From positions 2,460,001 to 2,492,000 of the forward strand of contig NZ_CP011041.1 of assembly GCF_002310835.1 (NCBI RefSeq): 32,000 nt of DNA. Reading direction: 5' to 3'. The translations under genes and the position numbers were made by a program. Shown piece by piece: positions 1 through 9,176 of the stretch. This DNA comes from Pseudoalteromonas tetraodonis (GTDB lineage Bacteria; Pseudomonadota; Gammaproteobacteria; Enterobacterales; Alteromonadaceae). How positions within the stretch are numbered: the first letter of the stretch is position 1; the number at the start of each line of letters is the position of its first letter. The notes under the pieces were generated by a model. It did not search any database. It saw only the letters and a program-made list of their open reading frames with translations, and was not told the DNA's origin.

Positions 1-402
1 AATACGCTGGCGGCCTATTTCCTTAACCTTATTTTGCAATAACTTAATTGCATCATCGTTATTGCGAGCAATATCTTCAAACTTTTTAGGTAAAAAGTCC
101 ATCGCCCCAGCATCAAGCGCATCCAAAGTGGCAGATGCCCCTGCTCGTGTTAACGATGAAAACATTAAAATAGGTGTTGGATTACTCGCCATGATCTCTT
201 TCACAGCACTAATACCATCCAGCACCGGCATTTCAACATCCATGGTGATAACATCAGGACGTAACTGAGCTGTTTTTTCGACGGCCTCTCGGCCATTTAC
301 AGCAAAGCCTATTACCTCAATGCCGCTGTCTTGTTCAAGAATTTCACTCACTCTGCGGCGAAAAAAGCTTGAATCATCAACTACTAAAACTTTAACAGCC
401 AT
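1..402 (-). CDS. cheB: Chemotaxis protein-glutamate methylesterase CheB. Only the N-terminal receiver domain is present; the gene runs off the left edge of the window.
   Basis: This ORF is not in the ORF track because it is open at the window edge. Reverse-complement translation from the ATG at 402-400 gives [63 protein letters not shown]..., a CheY-like REC domain with the DD and D acid pocket. It lies directly downstream of cheA, as in cheYZAB operons. Confidence 0.85.
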   Translation of the reverse strand, partial: MAVKVLVVDDSSFFRRRVSEILEQDSGIEVIGFAVNGREAVEKTAQLRPDVITMDVEMPVLDGISAVKEIMASNPTPILMFSSLTRAGASATLDALDAGAMDFLPKKFEDIARNNDDAIKLLQNKVKEIGRQRI

Positions 403-455
403 TTCGCTCTCTTATTCAATGAATGGGTAGGCATAAAGTTTATACCTACTTTTTA

Positions 456-2672
456 TTATCCAGCGTAATGCTTTAGCATACTCGGTACATCTAATATCAG
501 TGCAATTCCACCATCAGAGGTAATAGTCGCACCCGCCATACCCGGCGTACCTTGCAATAATGCATCTAGAGGCTTGATCACCACTTCTTCTTGACCTATT
601 AGTGAATCAACAACGAACCCTACTTTTTGAGTCCCTATTTGCACAATAACGACATGCCCTTGTGCTTTTCGCTGACCTCTATCAGCGCCTTTTATAAGCC
701 AATGTTCAAGGTAGAATAATGGAATCGACTTTTTACGAACAATAATCGTTAGCTGGCCATCAACCACATTAGTTTTTGTTAAATCTAAGTGGAATATTTC
801 ACTTACACCCGCTAGCGGCAAGGCAAAGGTTTGCTCTCCCACCACCACCATTAAGGTAGGCAATATCGCAAGTGTTAGTGGAACTTTGATTTCTAAAGTA
901 GTCCCTACGCCCATTTCTGATTTTATGTTAACCGAGCCATTGAGCTGAGTGATTTTTGTTTTAACCACATCCATACCAACACCACGGCCAGAAATATCTG
1001 AGATTTCTTCTTTGGTTGAAAACCCAGGTGCAAAAATAAGGTTATAAGCTTCAGTATCAGAAAGACGACTCGCTTGGTCGTGATCAAGCACCCCTTTACT
1101 AATCGCAATCTTTTTAAGCTTTTCAGCATCCATACCGGCACCATCATCTTGGATGGTAAGTAGAATATGATCACCCTGTTGCGAAGCTGATAAAGTCACC
1201 GTACCTGTTCTAGGTTTACCCGCTGCTTCACGAATATCGGGCATTTCAATACCATGGTCGACCGAGTTGCGAACCAAATGCACCAATGGATCGGCCAATG
1301 CTTCCACTAAATTTTTATCTAAATCGGTGTCTTCACCGACAAGTAATAAATTAATATCTTTTTTAAGTGTTCGTGCTAAGTCACGTACAACACGAGGAAA
1401 ACGGCCAAATACTTTTTTAATCGGCTGCATTCGTGTTTGCATTACTGCACCTTGGATATCAGCAGTCACAACATCTAAGTTGGAAATAGCTTTACCCATA
1501 GCCTCGCTATCAGAGTTAGTCGCCAAACTTACTAAGCGATTTCGCACAAGTACTAACTCGCCCACCATGTTCATTATTTGGTCTAGGCGTTTGGTATCAA
1601 CACGTACAGTTGTTTCTGCCGGTGGAGGCGCTGCTTTTTTGGGCGGCGCAGCTTTAGCTGCTTGTGCCGCAGGAGCCGGCTTAGCTGGCTCTGGTTTAGG
1701 CTGTGGCTTAGCTGCAGCAACTGGTTCTGGCTTTTTAGCTGCCACTGGTTCAGGTTTACTTACAGGAGCCGGTGTTTCTATCGACTTAGGTGCACCTTTA
1801 CCATGAAGTTCATCAAGTAAGGCTTCAAACTCGTCGTCACTTATTTCATCATCGCCCGAGCTTTGCTCGTTACTTGGTGGAGCCACAGGAGCTGATGGTG
1901 TTTGTTGTGGTGTACTTGCGGTTGCTTGGCTCACTTCGCCAAAGCTGCCTACACCATGAAGTTCATCCAATAAGCTGTCAAATTCATCGTCAGTTATATC
2001 ACCACTGACATCATTGCCACTTGATGATGATTGTTTTTCTTGTGGGGCTTGCCCTTTTCCATGAAGTTCATCAAGTAGGCTTTCGAATTCGTCTTCGGTT
2101 ATTTCATCAATCTGAGACTCAGTACTGCTGCTATCTGGGCCGCTAAATAATTCATCAAAAGCAAACGGGTCTTCTTCAGCATCGTTGCTCGGTTGCTCTG
2201 CAACTGGTTCAGGCTCTACCGATGGAGTTTCCACAGGAGCTATATCTTCAACCACAGAATCGCCGGCAAGCTCTTCTGCTGTCGGTGGCTGCCCAAGTTT
2301 GTGAAGTACTGCAAGTAATTCTGGATCAGCAGGCTCTGGCTGGTCACGATTTTTAATCGTGGCAAACATTTCATTAATGGTGTCCAGTGCTTGTAAAATC
2401 ACATCCATTAATTCAGAGTTAACTGTTCTTACACCTTGGCGCAGTAAATCAAACACATTTTCAGCACCATGACATGCATCAACAAGCTCTGTCATAGCCA
2501 AAAAGCCAGCGCCACCCTTTACAGTGTGGAAACCGCGAAATATTGCGTTTAGTAGCTCAGTATCATCTGGGTTGTTTTCCAGTTCTACTAACTGTTCAGA
2601 TAAAAGCTCAAGGATTTCTCCGGCCTCTACTAAAAAGTCTTGTAAAATATCTTCATCGACTTCAAAGCTCAT
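456..2672 (-). CDS. cheA: Chemotaxis histidine kinase CheA
   Basis: 738 aa. It has an N-terminal Hpt (P1) domain (FRGFHTVKGGAGF), a dimerisation region (VRVDTKRLDQIMNMVGELVLVRNRL), an HATPase domain (DDGAGMD, GRGVGMDVV) and a C-terminal CheW-like P5 domain. A long low-complexity linker occupies the position of P2. Confidence 0.96.
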   Translation of the reverse strand: MSFEVDEDILQDFLVEAGEILELLSEQLVELENNPDDTELLNAIFRGFHTVKGGAGFLAMTELVDACHGAENVFDLLRQGVRTVNSELMDVILQALDTINEMFATIKNRDQPEPADPELLAVLHKLGQPPTAEELAGDSVVEDIAPVETPSVEPEPVAEQPSNDAEEDPFAFDELFSGPDSSSTESQIDEITEDEFESLLDELHGKGQAPQEKQSSSSGNDVSGDITDDEFDSLLDELHGVGSFGEVSQATASTPQQTPSAPVAPPSNEQSSGDDEISDDEFEALLDELHGKGAPKSIETPAPVSKPEPVAAKKPEPVAAAKPQPKPEPAKPAPAAQAAKAAPPKKAAPPPAETTVRVDTKRLDQIMNMVGELVLVRNRLVSLATNSDSEAMGKAISNLDVVTADIQGAVMQTRMQPIKKVFGRFPRVVRDLARTLKKDINLLLVGEDTDLDKNLVEALADPLVHLVRNSVDHGIEMPDIREAAGKPRTGTVTLSASQQGDHILLTIQDDGAGMDAEKLKKIAISKGVLDHDQASRLSDTEAYNLIFAPGFSTKEEISDISGRGVGMDVVKTKITQLNGSVNIKSEMGVGTTLEIKVPLTLAILPTLMVVVGEQTFALPLAGVSEIFHLDLTKTNVVDGQLTIIVRKKSIPLFYLEHWLIKGADRGQRKAQGHVVIVQIGTQKVGFVVDSLIGQEEVVIKPLDALLQGTPGMAGATITSDGGIALILDVPSMLKHYAG
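1801..2175 (-). repeat. Three clear copies, plus one degenerate copy, of a roughly 50-nt intragenic repeat in cheA that encodes the acidic peptide [IT][TS][ED]DEF[ED][SA]LLDELHG[KV]G
   Basis: Plus-strand copies beginning ccatgaagttcatc... start at 1801, 1954 and 2059. The peptides are ISDDEFEALLDELHGKG, ITDDEFDSLLDELHGVG and ITEDEFESLLDELHGKG. A degenerate copy, DPFAFDELFSG, lies at about 2136-2173. Confidence 0.9.
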
Positions 2673-2686
2673 GCAGTACTCTCCTA

Positions 2687-3454
2687 TTAGAAGCCCAAAC
2701 TTGATAATAGATCATCAACTTCATCTTGATCAGATACAACATCATTACGCGTTTCTTTATCAATAATAGGCCCTTCGGGACCTGCTAGTGTTTGTGCAAC
2801 AATGGGATCTTCTATTTTTTCTGGTTGTTCAGTTGGTTCAACCTCACCACCTTGCGCTGCAAATGCAGTTAACAGGTGAATTAAACTTTCTTCAACTTCA
2901 CGGACAAGTTCAATAACACGGCGAATAACCTGACCGGTTAAATCTTGATAGTCTTGAGCCATCAGCACATTAGTCATCAGCATTTGTAACTCATCGGTTT
3001 TGTGATGAGAACTGCTCATAAACTTATCAATACTATGGCAAAGTGATTTAAACTCACCAAGCTCTATTTCGCGGTTCATTAAACGATCCCACGTTGGCTT
3101 GATATCAGCTATTTCGTCAGCGATTTCTTGTGCTAATGGTAAGCTTGCTTCAACCGCATCCATTGTCTTATTGGCTGCGTTTTCTGTCATTTCCATGACA
3201 TAGTTAAGGCGTTTTTTTGCGTCAGGGATGGCATCAGTGGTAATGTCTGTTAAACGCGTGTCTAACTCGAAACTTTTTAAAGCTTCGTGCAGTTGACGCG
3301 TCAACTTACCCACCTCAGCAAATAACTGTGATTGCTCTTGTGAAGCTGTTTCTAAAATTAACTGATTCGCTTTATCTTGCTCACCATTTTCTAAAAAAAC
3401 AACTAACTGGCGAGCTTGTTCTAAAGTAATCTGAGGCGCAGCAGGTGCTGACAT
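2687..3454 (-). CDS. cheZ: CheY-P phosphatase CheZ
   Basis: 255 aa, located between cheY and cheA. It has a helical-bundle-like sequence containing a QDYQDLTGQ motif (catalytic Gln region). The C terminus, DEVDDLLSSLGF, is the characteristic CheY-binding peptide. Confidence 0.9.
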   Translation of the reverse strand: MSAPAAPQITLEQARQLVVFLENGEQDKANQLILETASQEQSQLFAEVGKLTRQLHEALKSFELDTRLTDITTDAIPDAKKRLNYVMEMTENAANKTMDAVEASLPLAQEIADEIADIKPTWDRLMNREIELGEFKSLCHSIDKFMSSSHHKTDELQMLMTNVLMAQDYQDLTGQVIRRVIELVREVEESLIHLLTAFAAQGGEVEPTEQPEKIEDPIVAQTLAGPEGPIIDKETRNDVVSDQDEVDDLLSSLGF

Positions 3455-3470
3455 AAGCCTCTCCCTCTCA

Positions 3471-3854
3471 TTAACCTAAGCGTTCGAACACTTTTTCTAA
3501 TTTAGTTTTCAATGTACCTGCAGTGAATGGTTTAACAATATAACCATTAACACCTGCTTGGGCCGCAGCAATTATTTGTTCTTTTTTAGCTTCTGCTGTA
3601 ACCATTAAAACAGGAATATGCTTTAATTTTTCATCAGCTCGAATTGCCCTTAAAAGATCAATACCTTGCATGCCTGGCATATTCCAATCTGTTACAACAA
3701 AATCAAACGCTTGATTTTGCAACATAGGCAAAGCAGTTGACCCGTCATCTGCTTCTTGAACATTGGTAAAACCTAAATCGCGCAACAGGTTTTTAATAAT
3801 ACGTCTCATTGTTGAGAAATCATCAACAACAAGAATTTTAATGTTTTTATCCAA
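3471..3854 (-). CDS. cheY: Chemotaxis response regulator CheY
   Basis: 127-aa single REC domain with [28 protein letters not shown] and VKPF, giving the D-D-D-T-K signature. A GGAGGA RBS lies upstream. Confidence 0.96.
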   Translation of the reverse strand: MDKNIKILVVDDFSTMRRIIKNLLRDLGFTNVQEADDGSTALPMLQNQAFDFVVTDWNMPGMQGIDLLRAIRADEKLKHIPVLMVTAEAKKEQIIAAAQAGVNGYIVKPFTAGTLKTKLEKVFERLG

Positions 3855-3894
3855 AACATCCTCCAGTGAGGCCTGAACCTTTATTTACTTACTT

Positions 3895-4629
3895 CTAGTT
3901 TATCCAGTCATTGATTTTTGCTTTAAGCTTAATCATCGCCTGACCATGTATCTGACTTACACGCGATTCACTTACATCGAGTATATGCCCAATTTCTTTT
4001 AAATTCATCTCATCGTTATAGTACAAAGAAAGCACCATTGCATCTTTTTCCGGTAACGACTTTATTGCACTGAGTAAAGACTCATTAAACCGTTCATTTT
4101 TAACATTATTGAACGGTTTGTCTAGTGCTAAATCTTGGCCATGAGGTGTAATCACATCGTCATCTATACCAAGGTCTTCAATACCTAACACTTTGCTTAC
4201 ATTTACATCGTTTAAAATATGATGGTACTCATTTAGCGAAATTTCAAGTTTTTCAGCAACTTCACTATCTTTAGGTTCACGGTTTAAACTGTTCTCAAGC
4301 GCAACAATAGTTTCTGCAACCAAACGGCTTTTTCTGTGAACTGAACGTGGAACCCAATCGCCTCGGCGCATTTCGTCTATCATCGCACCACGAATACGAA
4401 TACCGGCAAAGGTTTCAAAGCTTGCGCCTTTGCTTGCATCAAAGTTTTTTGAAGCTTCAATTAAACCAATCATACCCGATTGAATTAAATCATCTAGCTG
4501 CACACTGGCCGGTAAACGAGCAATTAAATGGCACGCCACTTTTTTGACTAATGAGGCATGCTTTTCAACAATCATATTTAAATTTTGTGTTGACTGATAT
4601 CCCATAGCTCTATTCACCGGTATTGTCAT
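3895..4629 (-). CDS. fliA: Flagellar sigma factor sigma28 (FliA)
   Basis: 244 aa with sigma70-family regions 2, 3 and 4 (DLIQSGMIGLIEA, the C-terminal HTH LKEIGHILDVSESRVSQIH). It lies downstream of flhFG, as in polar-flagellum loci. Confidence 0.95.
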   Translation of the reverse strand: MTIPVNRAMGYQSTQNLNMIVEKHASLVKKVACHLIARLPASVQLDDLIQSGMIGLIEASKNFDASKGASFETFAGIRIRGAMIDEMRRGDWVPRSVHRKSRLVAETIVALENSLNREPKDSEVAEKLEISLNEYHHILNDVNVSKVLGIEDLGIDDDVITPHGQDLALDKPFNNVKNERFNESLLSAIKSLPEKDAMVLSLYYNDEMNLKEIGHILDVSESRVSQIHGQAMIKLKAKINDWIN

Positions 4630-4631
4630 TG

Positions 4632-5492
4632 TTAGTTACTAACTAGTTTCTCAATGAAAAACTCTAAATGACCCGAGGCTTGACTAGGTGTTGGCCACTT
4701 AGCAATTTTTGTAGCCAGTGTTTTAAAAGCAATTGCAGCAGGCGACCCAGGAAAAACCTCAACAATTACTTTTTGGCGGCGCGTTGATTTGCGCATATTT
4801 TCATCATATGGAACCGTTGCAACCAACTCCATTGATATATCTAAAAATCGGTCGGTAACCTTTGAAAGTTTTGCAAACAATTCCTGCCCTTCGCGTAAAC
4901 TACGCACCATATTGGCAACAATTTTAAATTTATAAACGCCGTGCTCACGGCTAAGTACTTTAATTAAAGCATAAGCATCGGTAATTGATGTAGGCTCATC
5001 ACATACCACCACAACCACATCTTGCGCTGCGCGAGAAAAACTCAGCACCATATCGGAAATACCCGCAGCGGTATCAACAATTAAAATATCAAAGTCGGTG
5101 TTAAGTTCACTAAATGCACGAATAAGTCCAGCGTGCTCTGAGGGTGATAACTCAACCATACTTTGCGAACCCGATGTTGCAGGCACTATTTTTATGCCTG
5201 CGGGACCTTCGACTAAAATATCATCAAGTTCACATTCGCCCGATAAAACATGAGATAAATTACGCTCAACGCGCAGTCCAAGCATCACATCACAATTCGC
5301 TAATCCTAAATCAGCATCTAGTACAAGCACACGTTTGCCTTGTTGGCCTAACGCGATTGCCGTGTTAAGGGATACGTTCGTTTTACCCACTCCACCTTTG
5401 CCGCCGGTGACAGCGATAACTTTTACGCCGTTATTATTATTCTTGCTCATTTTGCGAAGGCCGCTTGCTTGATCTAAAACTGTGTTAATCAT
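4632..5492 (-). CDS. flhG: MinD/ParA-type flagellar number regulator FlhG (FleN)
   Basis: 286 aa. It has the deviant Walker A motif GGKGGVGKT and an N-terminal DQASGLR motif, which in FlhG family proteins activates FlhF. Its start overlaps the flhF stop by 8 nt. Confidence 0.92.
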   Translation of the reverse strand: MINTVLDQASGLRKMSKNNNNGVKVIAVTGGKGGVGKTNVSLNTAIALGQQGKRVLVLDADLGLANCDVMLGLRVERNLSHVLSGECELDDILVEGPAGIKIVPATSGSQSMVELSPSEHAGLIRAFSELNTDFDILIVDTAAGISDMVLSFSRAAQDVVVVVCDEPTSITDAYALIKVLSREHGVYKFKIVANMVRSLREGQELFAKLSKVTDRFLDISMELVATVPYDENMRKSTRRQKVIVEVFPGSPAAIAFKTLATKIAKWPTPSQASGHLEFFIEKLVSN

Positions 5493-6975
5493 ACATCTCT
5501 ACTGTGCTCGACGCCACTGATTGGTGTCGTGATTGTTGTGCTTTTATTCTTTTTAAATACAATTGCTCAGCTTTTTTTACTAGTTTTTCGGCATTTGCCA
5601 CTCTAATATCTTCTGGTACTCGCTGACCGTTAGTAAGATACCCTATTGGGAGACGATTTTGAATCGCAATACTAATAATCTCACCTAAACTCAATGACTC
5701 ATCAAGTTTAGTAAAAATACATCCGCTTAGCTGTACTTTTTTAAAGTGCCTTACTGTTTCTTGTAATACATTAATTTGCGCCGTCGCACTTAATACTAAA
5801 TAACTACGTATATCAACACGCTGATTACGCATCAAGGTGTTTAACTGCTCGGTTAAGCGTAAATCACGTTGACTCATTCCTGCTGTATCAATTAAGACTA
5901 GACGTTTATTTCGTAAATGGTATAAAACTTCTGCTAATTCATTTGCATCTTTAACTTGTTTAACGCCACAACCTATAATACGACCATACGTTGCTAGCTG
6001 CTCATAAGCACCAATACGGTAGGTATCGGTAGTAATAAGCGCTACTTTATCGGCACCGTATTTTTGTGCACCCAATGCTGCCAGTTTTGCAACTGTGGTG
6101 GTTTTACCCACGCCAGTAGGTCCGACTAACGCAAAAACACCGCCTTGGCGAAGTATTTCGTTGTTCGTGGTTTGCATTTGATCTTCAACCATGTTCAATA
6201 AAGCTTTCCAGCCTTGTTGGCGAGACACATCGTCTGGTACAAAACATGCCATTTGCTCAGCAACATTTTTTTCTATCCCCATACCGACTAAGCGGTCAAT
6301 CATACATGCACGGGTCGGGTCGCGACGTGCCATATCTTGCTGCATTAAACCTGATACTTGGTGCTCTAATAGTTGACGAATTGCGTTCATTTCTTCACGC
6401 ATTGTGCTGATGTCACTGGATTCTTTATGCATTGTTTGCTGACGCGGTGCGCTAGGTGAATCTAAATCGTCAAAGCCACTGTCTAAGTCGTCGAAACCTA
6501 AGCTATCGGCTTGGGTGCGAGGGCGCACTGGCGCGCTTTGTTCACGTTCAAACATATTTTTAGGTCGTGATTGCACAGGCTCTTGTTCTTGATAGTGACC
6601 AGAAGTGTCAATGCCAGAGTGTGAAAACATTGAAGCAAGCTCTGCTGAACGAGGACGTGGAGACTGACGCTCTAGTAAAGCTTGTAAGCTATCTGCAACC
6701 TTTGCCTGTGGCTTAGGTTGAGCGCGTTGCGGTTCTGGTTTAACAAAATTATGTGAACTTTGCTCAGTATGTGCAAATGAAGCTCTTGCAGCAGGTTGGC
6801 TTTGAGGCTGCTCTGGCGCTTTTGTCGCTGCTTTGTCGTAATCAACTGCAGCAACAATTTCAACGCCATTAGCTAGTTTTTTATTTGACATAATAACCGC
6901 ATCAACACCCAACTCTTCTTTTACTTCTTTTAGTGCAGTGCGCATGTCTTTAGCAAAAAAACGTTTAATTTTCAT
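5485..6975 (-). CDS. flhF: SRP-like GTPase FlhF, a determinant of polar flagellum placement
   Basis: 496 aa. The N-terminal B domain begins MKIKRFFAKDMRTALKEVKEELG. A low-complexity Q/P-rich linker follows, then an NG domain with GPTGVGKTTT, DTAG and TKLD motifs. Confidence 0.93.
   Translation of the reverse strand: MKIKRFFAKDMRTALKEVKEELGVDAVIMSNKKLANGVEIVAAVDYDKAATKAPEQPQSQPAARASFAHTEQSSHNFVKPEPQRAQPKPQAKVADSLQALLERQSPRPRSAELASMFSHSGIDTSGHYQEQEPVQSRPKNMFEREQSAPVRPRTQADSLGFDDLDSGFDDLDSPSAPRQQTMHKESSDISTMREEMNAIRQLLEHQVSGLMQQDMARRDPTRACMIDRLVGMGIEKNVAEQMACFVPDDVSRQQGWKALLNMVEDQMQTTNNEILRQGGVFALVGPTGVGKTTTVAKLAALGAQKYGADKVALITTDTYRIGAYEQLATYGRIIGCGVKQVKDANELAEVLYHLRNKRLVLIDTAGMSQRDLRLTEQLNTLMRNQRVDIRSYLVLSATAQINVLQETVRHFKKVQLSGCIFTKLDESLSLGEIISIAIQNRLPIGYLTNGQRVPEDIRVANAEKLVKKAEQLYLKRIKAQQSRHQSVASSTVEMYD
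6458..6499 (-). repeat. Imperfect 21-nt tandem duplication inside flhF, encoding GFDDLDS twice
   Basis: The peptide LGFDDLDSGFDDLDSPS lies in the FlhF linker. The plus-strand units are tgaatctaaatcgtcaaagcc and actgtctaagtcgtcgaaacc. Confidence 0.8.
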
Positions 6976-6996
6976 AATTCAAACCCCTTTAAAATC

Positions 6997-9105
6997 TTAT
7001 TGTTGGCCTACAGAGCTGACAATCTTGATCTGTCTTTCATCTGGTATCTCTTGATAAGACATCACTCGCAATCCTGGAATGGTGTATTTAACAAATCGAG
7101 ATAACACAGTGCGTAACATTCCTGACGTTAGCAATATTGAAGGTTCACCGGCCATTTCTTGATTTTGATGCGCTTCATTCAATGATGTTTGAAGTCTATC
7201 AGCAAGCCCTGGTTCTATTCCGGCACCTTCATCACCTGCATTTTGAAGTGACTGATGCAACATCTGTTCCAACTCAGGCGCCAAGGTTATGACAGGGATT
7301 TCAGAAGACATACCAACGGCATCTTGGACGATTAATCTACGCAGTGATATTCGCACTGCAGCCGTTAATACATCTGGGTCTTGGCTACGAGGGCCATACT
7401 CAACAAGGGTTTGAACAATTGAACGCATATCTCGTATTGCCACCCCTTCGTTTAATAAATTTTGTAGTACTTTAACGATGGTGGTCAGCGGTAATACCTC
7501 AGGTACAAGTCCTTCAACTAAGCGAGGGTGACTCTTACCTAACATATCTAATAAGTTCTGTACTTCTTCATGTCCGAGTAATAATGCGGCGCTATTGGTG
7601 AGTAACTGGCTAATATGGGTTGCCACCACGGTCGCCGAATCAACCACCGTGTAACCTAAAGACTGTGCTTCATCTTTTTGATCGGGTTTTATCCAAACCG
7701 CATCTAAACCAAACGCAGGATCTTTAGTTTCAATTCCTTTTAGCGGGCCAAATACTTGGCCTGGGTTAATCGCTAATTCATCACCATGTTTAAGCTCACC
7801 CTCACCACTTGATACACCCATCATGGTTATGCGGTATGCATTTGGGTCGAGTTCTAGATTATCGCGTATATGCACCGGCGGCACTAAAAAGCCCAGCTCT
7901 TGAGATAGTTTTTTACGCACTCCTTTAATACGGTTTAACAGCTCGCCACCTTGTGATTGGTCAACGAGAGGAATGAGTCGGTAACCGACTTCTAGACCAA
8001 TAACATCAACTTGTTGAACATCATCCCAACCCAGTTCTTTTTGCTCTTGTTTAGCCGCAATTCCGGTACCTGAGGCCGCATTTTCGGCTTCTTCTGCTTC
8101 TGCAGCGGCTAATTTCAGTTTATTTTGCTGAGTATAGTATGCAAGGTAACCTAAAAGCGCCCCTAAGCTTAAAAATGCAAGGTGTGGCATACCTGGGACT
8201 AAGCCCATAGTAATAAGGATACCTGAGGCAATAAATAACGACTTTTCGTTACCTAATTGCTTCTTAAACTGATCGCCCATGTTGTGCGATTCATTTTGAC
8301 GGGTTACAACAATTGCAGTACCAATTGAAAGTAGTAATGAAGGTAATTGCGCGACTAAGCCATCACCAATGGTCAATAGTGTGTACACTTCCATAGCGCG
8401 TGAAAAACTTAAATCATGTTGGATCATGCCAACAAATAAGCCACCCACAATATTGATCACTAAAATGACTATGCCAGCAATAGCATCGCCTTTTACAAAT
8501 TTACTAGCACCATCCATAGAACCATAAAAGTCAGCTTCACGAGTTACTTCCTCACGACGTTCTCTGGCTTGCTCGGCACTGATAAAACCGGCATTCATAT
8601 CTGCATCTATGGCCATTTGCTTACCTGGCATAGCATCTAGAGTAAAACGCGCTGATACTTCTGAAATACGACCAGCACCTTTGGTGATTACCACAAAGTT
8701 AATGATGATCAGAATTAAAAACACCACCAAGCCCACGGCGTAGTTACCACCGATTACCACTGAACCAAATGCTTCAATGACTTTACCAGCAGCATCCCCA
8801 CCGTTATGACCCTCAAGCAGTACCACCCGGGTACTGGCCACATTGAGTGCTAAGCGCATTATGGTTGCAATTAACAGCACGGCTGGGAACATACCAAACT
8901 CAAGCGGTTTCATGGTGTATACAGTGACCAGTAATACAACTAACGCAAGCGCGATATTAAACGAAAATAATATATCAAGCAGGAATGGAGGCAGTGGTAA
9001 AATAACCATACCCAGCGCAGCCAACACCAAAAGCGGTGTACCAACGCCCTTCGCATATTCTTTTTTATCTTTATTAAGTTGTTGTAATACCGCTTTAAAT
9101 TCCAT
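6997..9105 (-). CDS. flhA: Flagellar type III export gate protein FlhA
   Basis: 702 aa. It has multiple N-terminal TM segments, the conserved FHIPEP-type region (GDGLVAQLPSLLLSIGTAIVVTR) and a large cytoplasmic C-terminal domain. Confidence 0.97.
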   Translation of the reverse strand: MEFKAVLQQLNKDKKEYAKGVGTPLLVLAALGMVILPLPPFLLDILFSFNIALALVVLLVTVYTMKPLEFGMFPAVLLIATIMRLALNVASTRVVLLEGHNGGDAAGKVIEAFGSVVIGGNYAVGLVVFLILIIINFVVITKGAGRISEVSARFTLDAMPGKQMAIDADMNAGFISAEQARERREEVTREADFYGSMDGASKFVKGDAIAGIVILVINIVGGLFVGMIQHDLSFSRAMEVYTLLTIGDGLVAQLPSLLLSIGTAIVVTRQNESHNMGDQFKKQLGNEKSLFIASGILITMGLVPGMPHLAFLSLGALLGYLAYYTQQNKLKLAAAEAEEAENAASGTGIAAKQEQKELGWDDVQQVDVIGLEVGYRLIPLVDQSQGGELLNRIKGVRKKLSQELGFLVPPVHIRDNLELDPNAYRITMMGVSSGEGELKHGDELAINPGQVFGPLKGIETKDPAFGLDAVWIKPDQKDEAQSLGYTVVDSATVVATHISQLLTNSAALLLGHEEVQNLLDMLGKSHPRLVEGLVPEVLPLTTIVKVLQNLLNEGVAIRDMRSIVQTLVEYGPRSQDPDVLTAAVRISLRRLIVQDAVGMSSEIPVITLAPELEQMLHQSLQNAGDEGAGIEPGLADRLQTSLNEAHQNQEMAGEPSILLTSGMLRTVLSRFVKYTIPGLRVMSYQEIPDERQIKIVSSVGQQ

Positions 9106-9142
9106 AACTCTACAATTTCAAAAAATTGACACTACGCTGAAA

Positions 9143-9159
9143 TTGCAATAACTATTCCA
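9143..9159 (-). promoter_or_regulatory. Sigma54 (-24/-12) promoter for flhA and the downstream flhFG-fliA-che genes
   Basis: The minus strand reads TGGAAT-AGTTA-TTGCAA, with GG and GC at the canonical positions 2-3 and 14-15 (consensus TGGCAC-N5-TTGCW). It sits in the 71-nt flhB-flhA gap, about 40 nt upstream of the flhA ATG. Confidence 0.65.
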
Positions 9160-9176
9160 AGTTAGTTGGTTAGCAG

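Noticed and set aside
427-449. A hairpin (gtaggcat-aaagttt-atacctac) followed by TTTTT on the plus strand, in the cheA-cheB gap. It looks like an intrinsic terminator.
   Set aside because: The T-run is on the plus strand, where no gene ends. On the coding minus strand the A-run precedes the stem, so it is not a cheA terminator. At most it is an intercistronic structure. The stem has a mismatch and is only 8 bp.
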